The notes below the pieces were generated by a model. It was not told where the DNA came from. It saw nothing but the letters and a program-made list of their open reading frames with translations, and ran no database searches. From Formosa sp. Hel1_33_131 (lineage in GTDB: Bacteria > Bacteroidota > Bacteroidia > Flavobacteriales > Flavobacteriaceae), in assembly GCF_001735745.1 (NCBI RefSeq), contig NZ_CP017260.1:1590001-1622000 (forward strand): a stretch of 32,000 nt of DNA, in the 5' to 3' direction. Below are positions 25,478 to 32,000 of this stretch, one piece after another. A program made the position numbers and the translations under genes. How positions within the stretch are numbered: position 1 is the stretch's first letter; every line of letters begins with the position of its first letter.

Positions 25478-25494
25478 TTTTATTTTTTATAGGG

Positions 25495-25950
25495 TCAAGC
25501 ATTTTTCAAATACAAATAGCGTTTTTCATAATCAATCACCGCAAATCCTTTTTTGAGAATGTCCGCTCCAATGATGCCATCAACGGCAGGTGTGTTAATA
25601 GATTCAAAGGCATCGTTCACATAACTCAAATCTATTAAAGCTATAGGAAAACGGGTTTTCACCCATCCACCAATTGAAAGTGTGTTGTTCTTAGAGAGAA
25701 GCGTATCAATCTTATCAGGGCCTGCGCCACTCGCCTTAACGATTGAGGGCTGTGTTGTCAGTTTAAATTTCTCTTCGAGTTTTAGGTCTATAAAGGTTGT
25801 GGAAGCGCCCGTATCCAAAATAAAAACCCCTTTGACACCATTTACTTTAGCTATAATTTTAAAATGATTAGACACAATCGGATGCATTTTAATCTTAAAA
25901 TAAGACTTATGTAATAGAAATTCAGACAACGTGAGCGGGGGTGTATTCAA
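25495..25950 (-). CDS. Retropepsin-like (clan AA) aspartic protease, single-domain
   Basis: Catalytic ILDTGAS motif and C-terminal GIIGADIL motif in a ~130-150 aa protein. The start is uncertain: TTG at 25950 or ATG at 25887. Confidence 0.7.
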   Translation of the reverse strand: MNTPPLTLSEFLLHKSYFKIKMHPIVSNHFKIIAKVNGVKGVFILDTGASTTFIDLKLEEKFKLTTQPSIVKASGAGPDKIDTLLSKNNTLSIGGWVKTRFPIALIDLSYVNDAFESINTPAVDGIIGADILKKGFAVIDYEKRYLYLKNA

Positions 25951-25966
25951 AGCAAATTATTTTTAA

Positions 25967-25974
25967 CAAAGATA
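25967..25974 (-). promoter_or_regulatory. -7 promoter box (TATCTTTG on the minus strand) for the protease gene
   Basis: The reverse complement of CAAAGATA matches TAnnTTTG. It lies 16 nt upstream of the TTG start. Confidence 0.4.
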
Positions 25975-25987
25975 CTATTCAAAATCT

Positions 25988-25995
25988 TACTTTTG
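25988..25995 (+). promoter_or_regulatory. -7 promoter box (TACTTTTG) for tatD-ansA
   Basis: Exact TAnnTTTG match ending 4 nt before the ATG at 26000. Confidence 0.5.
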
Positions 25996-25999
25996 CACT

Positions 26000-26767
26000 A
26001 TGACAATCACAGATACACATACCCACCTATATAGCGAAGCATTTGATGCCGACCGAACCGAAGTTATTGAGCGTGCACTCGTTGCTGGCGTCACCCGATT
26101 TTTTATTCCTGCCATTGATTCTACCTATTCAGAGGCCATGTATGCACTAGAAACCAGTTACCCTAACAATGTATTTTTGATGATGGGGCTGCACCCAACG
26201 CATGTGAAAGATGATTATTTAGAAGAATTGGCGCATGTGAAAGAGCAATTGGCATCTCGGAAATTTGTGGCCATTGGAGAGATTGGCATTGACCTTTTCT
26301 GGGATCAAAGTAGTTTAAAGGCGCAGCAAGACATGTTTAGAGCCCAAATTCAATTGGCAAAGCAATACCAATTACCTATTGTCATTCACTGTCGAGATGC
26401 TTTTGATGAAGTTTTTGAAATCTTAGAAGAAGAAAAAGGGCCTGATTTATTTGGGATCTTTCACTGTTTTACGGGGACTTTTGAGCAAGCGCAACAAGCA
26501 ATTTCGTACAACATGAAACTTGGAATAGGAGGGGTAGTAACTTTTAAAAACGGTAAAATAGATCAGTTTTTAAATCAGATTGATTTGAAACACATTGTTT
26601 TAGAAACCGATGCACCTTATTTGTCGCCCGTGCCTTACAGAGGAAAACGCAATGAAAGCAGTTACATTTTGAATGTTTTAGAAAAATTGTCTAATATTTA
26701 TGGGGTCTCAAATGATTATATTGCAGAGATTACGACTCAGAATTCAAAAGCTGTTTTTAAACTATAA
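26000..26767 (+). CDS. TatD family metal-dependent hydrolase/DNase
   Basis: Motifs DTHTHL, GEIGIDL, VIHCRDA, FHCFTG and ETDAPYL in a 255-aa TIM-barrel-sized protein. Confidence 0.9.
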   Translation: MTITDTHTHLYSEAFDADRTEVIERALVAGVTRFFIPAIDSTYSEAMYALETSYPNNVFLMMGLHPTHVKDDYLEELAHVKEQLASRKFVAIGEIGIDLFWDQSSLKAQQDMFRAQIQLAKQYQLPIVIHCRDAFDEVFEILEEEKGPDLFGIFHCFTGTFEQAQQAISYNMKLGIGGVVTFKNGKIDQFLNQIDLKHIVLETDAPYLSPVPYRGKRNESSYILNVLEKLSNIYGVSNDYIAEITTQNSKAVFKL

Positions 26768-26772
26768 ATCAA

Positions 26773-27795
26773 ATGAAACCTCAAATACTATTAATATACA
26801 CAGGCGGTACTATTGGGATGATCAAAGATCCAATCACAGCAACCTTACAGGCGTTTGATTTTGCATCCCTTATAGAAAAAATTCCAGAATTGAATTTATT
26901 GGATTGCGACATTCATACCGTTTCTTTTGACACACCAATCGATTCTTCCAATATGAATCCATCTCATTGGATTTCAATTGCGACTATTATCGAAGACAAC
27001 TACCAAACACATGATGGTTTTGTTGTGCTCCACGGAAGTGACACCATGAGTTACACTGCCTCGGCGCTTAGTTTTATGCTGGAAAATCTTTCAAAACCTG
27101 TCATCCTTACGGGCTCACAGTTGCCTATTGGCGATTTGCGAACGGATGCCAAAGAAAATCTTATTACTTCCATACAGATTGCAGCACTGCAAAATAACAA
27201 TAAAGCGGTGGTGAAAGAAGTCGGACTGTATTTTGAATATAAACTGTACAGAGGGAATCGCACCACCAAAATCAATGCGGAGCATTTTCAGGCGTTTGCG
27301 TCCTTAAATTTCCCAGCACTTGTCACTTCTGGGGTACATTTAAAGGTCAACCATGAGTTGTTGCACAAAAACTATACACAGGCTCAATTGGTTGTTCACA
27401 AGAAATTGGATGCAAATATTGTTCTGATAAAGCTATTTCCAGGTATCACGCCTGTTGTTTTAAAATCAATTTTAGAAATCCCAAGTCTTAAAGCCGTTGT
27501 GATTGAAACTTATGGAAGTGGCAATGCCACCACAGAAGACTGGTTTTTAGAAGCGATTGAAAAGGCTCTATATAAAGGAGTCAATATAATTAATGTCACC
27601 CAATGCGCTGGAGGCAGTGTCCAGATGAATCAATATCAGACCGGGAAACTCCTTGAAAAGTCGGGTGTCATTTCTGGAAAGGACATGACCACGGAGTCTG
27701 CAATCACAAAATTAATGTTCATGTTGGGGCTTCAAACGCCAAAAAATATGTTCAAAACCGTTTTTGAAACAAGTCTCCGTGGAGAAATATCCTAA
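26773..27795 (+). CDS. ansA: L-asparaginase, type I (cytoplasmic)
   Basis: N-terminal YTGGTIGM with the catalytic Thr, plus VLHGSDTMSYTA. 340 aa. Starts 5 nt after the tatD stop. Confidence 0.85.
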   Translation: MKPQILLIYTGGTIGMIKDPITATLQAFDFASLIEKIPELNLLDCDIHTVSFDTPIDSSNMNPSHWISIATIIEDNYQTHDGFVVLHGSDTMSYTASALSFMLENLSKPVILTGSQLPIGDLRTDAKENLITSIQIAALQNNNKAVVKEVGLYFEYKLYRGNRTTKINAEHFQAFASLNFPALVTSGVHLKVNHELLHKNYTQAQLVVHKKLDANIVLIKLFPGITPVVLKSILEIPSLKAVVIETYGSGNATTEDWFLEAIEKALYKGVNIINVTQCAGGSVQMNQYQTGKLLEKSGVISGKDMTTESAITKLMFMLGLQTPKNMFKTVFETSLRGEIS

Positions 27796-27863
27796 AATTA
27801 GGACTCAAAAATTTCACCAATCAAACTATTTTTTCTTTATTTGGGCTGCTAAAAAAGCAAACT

Positions 27864-27948
27864 AGAGAGGTGGCCGAGTGGCTTAAGGCGCACGCTTGGA
27901 AAGCGTGTATACGGCAACGTATCGAGGGTTCGAATCCCTTCCTCTCTG
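27864..27948 (+). tRNA. tRNA-Ser (anticodon GGA), class II with long variable arm; CCA not encoded
   Basis: Folded by hand. Acceptor stem AGAGAGG/CCTCTCT. Anticodon stem CACGC/GCGTG with loop TTGGAAA. Variable arm ATACG-GCAA-CGTAT. T arm GAGGG-TTCGAAT-CCCTT. Discriminator G. Confidence 0.9.
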
Positions 27949-28137
27949 CAATTGCCTTTGTGTTAATGACTTATCATTTTCAGGAGCTAGGAATTACTTT
28001 TCTTTTGAAATGAGTATTATTGTTTTCAATTAAAAATTTACCGAATTTTGTCGTTTTTATTTTGGTAATTACATTTTTTTTATATCTTTAACACCTTAAC
28101 AAATAATATTATTTTAATAAAAATCAAGAATAGAACA

Positions 28138-28923
28138 ATGAAAAGACTAATTCCAATTCTAGCTATTGCATTTGTAATGGCATTCGGGTCTGTAAGTGCG
28201 ACTTCATACACGAACATTAACATGAACTCTATTGTAACTACAATTGTAAACCCAGTTCAAGACGACGCAGCCTCGGCTGATGCAGAAGAATCTTTAGGGT
28301 TTCACCAAGAACTTAAAAAACGATTTATCGAAGGAGGTCCAGGATTTATGGGCATCGTTTTGTTATGTCTTATATTAGGACTTGCAATTGCAATTGAAAG
28401 AATTATTTTCTTAAACCTTTCAACAACCAATTCAAAAAAATTGATTGACGAAGTAGAAGGTGCATTAGCATCTGGAGGTTTAGACGCCGCTAAGGAAGTT
28501 TGTAGAAATACAAAAGGCCCTATCGCATCCATCTTTTACCAAGGATTAGACCGTGCGAACGAAGACTTAGACTCCGCTGAAAAAGCAGTGGTTGCCTATG
28601 GTGGTGTTCAAATGGGACAGTTAGAGAAAAATGTATCTTGGATCTCATTATTTATCGCTTTAGCACCTATGTTAGGGTTTATGGGAACTGTAATCGGAAT
28701 GATTCAAGCCTTTGATAAAATTGAAGCTGCAGGAGATATGCAACCATCACTTGTTGCTGGGGGTATTAAAGTAGCCCTTTTAACAACCGTATTTGGTCTG
28801 ATTGTTGCTATTATATTACAAGTCTTTTATAATTATATCATTTCTAAAATTGATAGTATTGTAAACGATATGGAAGATTCCTCTATATCTTTAATGGATA
28901 TATTGGTTAAAAACAAAAAATAA
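28138..28923 (+). CDS. exbB: MotA/TolQ/ExbB proton channel family protein (ExbB-like) with cleavable signal peptide
   Basis: C-terminal channel signature LAPMLGFMGTVIGMIQAF ... GGIKVALLTTVFGLIVAI, three TM helices, and an N-terminal signal sequence. Confidence 0.85.
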   Translation: MKRLIPILAIAFVMAFGSVSATSYTNINMNSIVTTIVNPVQDDAASADAEESLGFHQELKKRFIEGGPGFMGIVLLCLILGLAIAIERIIFLNLSTTNSKKLIDEVEGALASGGLDAAKEVCRNTKGPIASIFYQGLDRANEDLDSAEKAVVAYGGVQMGQLEKNVSWISLFIALAPMLGFMGTVIGMIQAFDKIEAAGDMQPSLVAGGIKVALLTTVFGLIVAIILQVFYNYIISKIDSIVNDMEDSSISLMDILVKNKK

Positions 28924-28951
28924 TAACACCTCAATACTAAATCAGATAATT

Positions 28952-29392
28952 ATGGATTTACAAAAATTATTGAAGATTGTAGCTATTGTCATCGGTGTGA
29001 TTTCAATCTTTTTCCTAGGAAGTATTATATCTACAGGGGATGAAGCTATAAAAGCAGGCGAATCTAGTGGGACAATTGATATATTTATGAACGTATCTTA
29101 CGTAATCCTAGGGATTGCAGTACTTATAGTATTAGCGTTTACAGTACTCAACTTAGTTTCTAATACTGCAGGCTTAAAAAATACCCTTATGGGTGTTGGC
29201 GCTTTTGCAGTCCTATTCTTACTATGCTACTATGGTTTTGCCAATGGCGTAGAAACAACCCTTAAAGATGGTGACTTGCTGTCTGAAAGTGGTTCAAGAT
29301 TGGTAGGCGCAGGCTTGTACTTGTTCTATTTCTTAGCACTTATTGCTGGAGGAATAATGTTAGGCTTTGGAATCAAAAAAATGGTAAAATAA
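28952..29392 (+). CDS. Hypothetical 4-TM membrane protein embedded in the exbB-exbD cluster
   Basis: 146 aa with four hydrophobic helices. Tightly packed: 28 nt after exbB, and its stop lies 1 nt before the exbD ATG. Confidence 0.6.
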   Translation: MDLQKLLKIVAIVIGVISIFFLGSIISTGDEAIKAGESSGTIDIFMNVSYVILGIAVLIVLAFTVLNLVSNTAGLKNTLMGVGAFAVLFLLCYYGFANGVETTLKDGDLLSESGSRLVGAGLYLFYFLALIAGGIMLGFGIKKMVK

Positions 29393-29393
29393 T

Positions 29394-29999
29394 ATGGCTA
29401 AGCGATCTGCACCTGAAGTGAATGCTGGCTCAATGGCCGACATTGCCTTCTTACTGTTAATATTTTTCTTGGTAACAACCACCATAGAAAAGGATTCTGG
29501 GATCAACCGGAAGCTCCCTCCTATAGAAGATACTGAAGAAGACGTTATCATAAAGCAAAAAAACATTTTCACAGTACTCTTGAATGGTAAGGATCAATTG
29601 CTTGTGGAAGATGAGCTGATGGAACTCAAAGATTTGAGAGCTGCGGCTGTTGAGTTTTTAGATAATAATGGCGATGGAACCTGTACCTATTGTAAAGGTG
29701 CCAAAGATACATCCTCCTCAGATTATCCAGACAAAGCAATCATATCGTTAAAAAACGAACGTGAAACATCTTATGCGGCTTATATATCGGTTCAAAACGA
29801 ATTGGTAGCGGCGTATAATGTACTTCGAAACAGAAGAGCGCTTGAACTAGGTTCTCAACAAGGATTTTTAGATATGAATTTTGTACAAATGCAAAGGAAT
29901 TATAAAGATGCTCGTTTTGTAGGTAACAAAACCAAGTTGAAAGAAGTGATTGATCAGATAAAAGTGGAGTATCCACAAAAACTTTCTGAAGTTCAGTAG
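29394..29999 (+). CDS. exbD: ExbD/TolR family biopolymer transport protein (long form, 201 aa)
   Basis: N-terminal motif SMADIAFLLLIFFLVTT (single TM) and an ExbD-like periplasmic domain with an inserted CTYC. Confidence 0.8.
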   Translation: MAKRSAPEVNAGSMADIAFLLLIFFLVTTTIEKDSGINRKLPPIEDTEEDVIIKQKNIFTVLLNGKDQLLVEDELMELKDLRAAAVEFLDNNGDGTCTYCKGAKDTSSSDYPDKAIISLKNERETSYAAYISVQNELVAAYNVLRNRRALELGSQQGFLDMNFVQMQRNYKDARFVGNKTKLKEVIDQIKVEYPQKLSEVQ

Positions 30000-30024
30000 T
30001 TTAACCTAAAAGTAAAGAAACAAA

Positions 30025-30504
30025 ATGTCAAAATTTAAAAAGAAAACTGACGGAGGCATACCAGCGATTTCCACGGCTTCGCTTCCAGATATTGTATTTA
30101 TGTTGCTGTTCTTTTTTATGGTAGCTACCGTGATGCGTGAAAATTCACTCAAAATTAAAAACGCACTTCCTGTTGCCAATCAAGTAGAGAAACTCGACAA
30201 GAAAAACCCAGTGAGTTATATTTATATGGGCAAACCAAGTGACGGTTTCGAAAAATATGGCACAGAATCAAGAATTCAACTCAACGATCAATTTGCAGAA
30301 CTTTCAGAAGTTGGCGCATTTATTGGAGCTGAAAGAGCCGCTTTAAGAGAGGAATTAATTCCATTTCTTACCGTTGCCCTTAAAGTCGATAAAGAAGCCA
30401 ACATGGGAATTGTAGGCGATGTCAAGCAAGAACTTAGAAAAGTAAACGCACTCAAAATCAACTATACCACAGGGGTAGGTGATGCGATGAAAAATATGGA
30501 ATAA
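30025..30504 (+). CDS. exbD: ExbD/TolR family biopolymer transport protein (second copy, 159 aa)
   Basis: N-terminal LPDIVFMLLFFFMVAT TM and an ExbD-like periplasmic domain. Confidence 0.8.
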   Translation: MSKFKKKTDGGIPAISTASLPDIVFMLLFFFMVATVMRENSLKIKNALPVANQVEKLDKKNPVSYIYMGKPSDGFEKYGTESRIQLNDQFAELSEVGAFIGAERAALREELIPFLTVALKVDKEANMGIVGDVKQELRKVNALKINYTTGVGDAMKNME

Positions 30505-30524
30505 TAAACGATTCTGAAATATTT

Positions 30525-30556
30525 AAAAAGGCATTCTACTCAGAATGCCTTTTTTT
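30525..30556 (+). terminator. Rho-independent terminator after the exbBD cluster
   Basis: 13-bp stem AAAAAGGCATTCT / AGAATGCCTTTTT with loop ACTC, followed by a T run. Confidence 0.85.
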
Positions 30557-30590
30557 ATTTAATTTAGTACCATAAATAAGGACACCCTTT

Positions 30591-31274
30591 ATGAAACCTC
30601 GTATATTTTTACTGCTATTTTTGACCTGTTTTGTGGATGCATTCGCGCAATCCAACAAAGCAACCGAATCGGATAGTTTATATAGAGAAGATCAAATTTA
30701 CATTGGCGTGACCTATAATGCACTCATGAATTTACCCAATGGCGTCTCTCAAAGCAGTTTCTCCACGGGGTTTCATTTAGGCGTTATTAGAGATTTCCCT
30801 ATTAACACACGCCGCAATCTAGCCATCGGTTTAGGGCTTGGTTATTCGATCAATACTTTTAATCAAAACATTAGAATTAGCACAACAACACCAACGACCT
30901 ATACCATTTTAGAGGGGATAGATCATTCCAAAAACAATTTTTCGCAACACCTTTTAGAAGTTCCTTTAGAATTTCGCTGGCGAACATCTAATGCAGAGAC
31001 TTATAAGTTTTGGCGAATATATACAGGCGTAAAATTAGGCTATGTGTTGGTTTCTAAATCTGTTTACAAAGGAGAACCAGGGGATGAAACACACAGAGGC
31101 TTGAAAGGAATGAACCCATGGCAGTACGGATTAACCTTGAGTGTGGGTTATAACACTTGGAACGGTTATATCTATTATGGTTTGAACCCGATTTTTGATT
31201 CTGTTTCTTCGACAAATTTTCAATCTATAGACATGAATGCGTTGAAAATCGGCTTAATTTTCTATCTATTATAG
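30591..31274 (+). CDS. Outer membrane beta-barrel (porin-family, OMP_b-brl_2-like) protein
   Basis: Signal peptide ending AFA-QS. Alternating beta-strand pattern, aromatic C-terminal strand LKIGLIFYLL, and the YREDQIYIGVTYN motif typical of small Bacteroidetes beta-barrels. Confidence 0.55.
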   Translation: MKPRIFLLLFLTCFVDAFAQSNKATESDSLYREDQIYIGVTYNALMNLPNGVSQSSFSTGFHLGVIRDFPINTRRNLAIGLGLGYSINTFNQNIRISTTTPTTYTILEGIDHSKNNFSQHLLEVPLEFRWRTSNAETYKFWRIYTGVKLGYVLVSKSVYKGEPGDETHRGLKGMNPWQYGLTLSVGYNTWNGYIYYGLNPIFDSVSSTNFQSIDMNALKIGLIFYLL

Positions 31275-31877
31275 CCAGTGATTTAATAGCAGCAACTGAG
31301 GCACCACTCCAATAACAAGTCCTGCCACAAGTTCTTTGACGGTATGTGCATTTAAATGCAATCGAGAACTCGCCATCGCTCCCATTACAATGATAAAGAG
31401 TGCAAACGCATTGCTAAAAGAATACCCATAATGCAAATTAACTAGTACCATAAAAAAGAAAGCACCACCAGTACTCATCATGTGAATACTTGTTTTAAAC
31501 TTCAATAACGCCAACACCATTCCTGAAATCGCTGTCATCATAGCTCCTAAGAATAAATAATGCAATTCGACACAGATAGGTTCTGGTAAAACACCAAAAC
31601 TTAGGTATCCTAAAATTATACTATTTAATAGTAAGGGCCAAATGCGTTCTTTGGAGGTTTTCAGATCAATACTCTGGACGGTGTTTAATTTTTTCAAAAT
31701 AAAATACAAAACTAGAGGCACTACAAGACTCCAAAGAATAATTGAAAGCAACCAAAAACTGATTTTAATAGGATGGTATTGAAGTGGTGTTACTGTAAAA
31801 AAATACACAGCACCCATCCACGGCATTAGCAAGGGATGTAAAATATAAGAGATGCTTTTTAAAAAGGAAGTTAACAT
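31269..31877 (-). CDS. PAP2-superfamily-like integral membrane protein (putative lipid phosphatase)
   Basis: Six hydrophobic helices. SIH and SRLHLNAHTVKE resemble PAP2 motifs C2 (SGH) and C3 (SRxxxxxHxxxD, with E in place of D). Confidence 0.5.
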   Translation of the reverse strand: MLTSFLKSISYILHPLLMPWMGAVYFFTVTPLQYHPIKISFWLLSIILWSLVVPLVLYFILKKLNTVQSIDLKTSKERIWPLLLNSIILGYLSFGVLPEPICVELHYLFLGAMMTAISGMVLALLKFKTSIHMMSTGGAFFFMVLVNLHYGYSFSNAFALFIIVMGAMASSRLHLNAHTVKELVAGLVIGVVPQLLLLNHWL

Positions 31878-31971
31878 AGGTAGGATTCGTTCACGTAATA
31901 TTACTAAAAAAAAAGTATTTATGGGACCTGTAAGACGAAAAACAAACCTATAATTTTAAGAATCCTACCTA
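31877..31971. repeat. 12-bp perfect inverted repeat flanking the upstream region of the PAP2-like gene
   Basis: TAGGTAGGATTC (31877-31888, touching the start codon) and GAATCCTACCTA (31960-31971), separated by 71 nt. The spacer contains a minus-strand TAGGTTTG box (31943-31950). Confidence 0.6.
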
Positions 31972-32000
31972 AACGCAAAATGACCTGCGTTATTCGGTGG

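Noticed and set aside
25682-25867. 61-aa plus-strand ORF opposite the retropepsin-like gene
   Set aside because: The minus-strand frame carries the DTG and IIG protease motifs. The plus-strand ORF is short, has no promoter, and reads as a low-information sequence.
27864-28137. tRNA-Ser as the attachment site or boundary of a genomic island containing the exbBD cluster
   Set aside because: There is no integrase or recombinase. I could not find a direct repeat of the tRNA 3' end downstream by eye, and the downstream genes are ordinary Ton-motor components with typical composition.
30591-31274. Possibility that the small beta-barrel OMP is PorT/SprT of the type IX secretion system
   Set aside because: Only size and beta-barrel character fit. 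I do not recognise PorT-specific sequence, and the YREDQIYIGVTYN-type motif is what I associate with generic OMP_b-brl_2 proteins. I left it as a generic call.

Overview
AT-rich chromosomal segment that looks like a Flavobacteriia (Bacteroidota) genome. The evidence is a 2460-aa SprA (type IX secretion translocon), an alternative complex III cluster running straight into aa3-type cytochrome c oxidase subunits II and I, Flavobacterium-style TonB C-terminal domains, and TAnnTTTG -7 promoter boxes. I call 28 protein-coding genes (26 on the + strand) and one tRNA-Ser(GGA). Gene order: actC(5'-truncated)-actD-actE-actF-coxB-coxA | ruvB | GIY-YIG mini-element plus repeat array | queG | ggt | maeB | ruvA-sprA-gcvH-vanZ | three tandem TonB-like paralogs plus an orphan lipoprotein | retropepsin-like protease (-) | tatD-ansA | tRNA-Ser | exbB-4TM-exbD-exbD | beta-barrel OMP | PAP2-like (-). 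Most of this is ordinary core respiration, repair, metabolism and envelope machinery. I see no cas genes, true CRISPR array, integrase, transposase, toxin-antitoxin pair or recognisable defence island, so I cannot point to a complete novel multi-gene system. The best candidates for something undescribed are small. (i) A frameshifted GIY-YIG nuclease gene is bracketed by 25-bp inverted repeats and followed by a ~60-bp tandem array that has captured the queG start codon; this is REP/RAYT-like geometry with a different nuclease. (ii) A mosaic triplication of TonB-like genes has a sharply bounded gene-conversion tract and polyproline microsatellites. (iii) ActF carries a periodic His/Asp/Glu-rich loop. 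(iv) An uncharacterised stand-alone retropepsin-like protease and an AT-rich orphan lipoprotein lie nearby. All functional calls come from motif and architecture recognition by eye; no database search was run.
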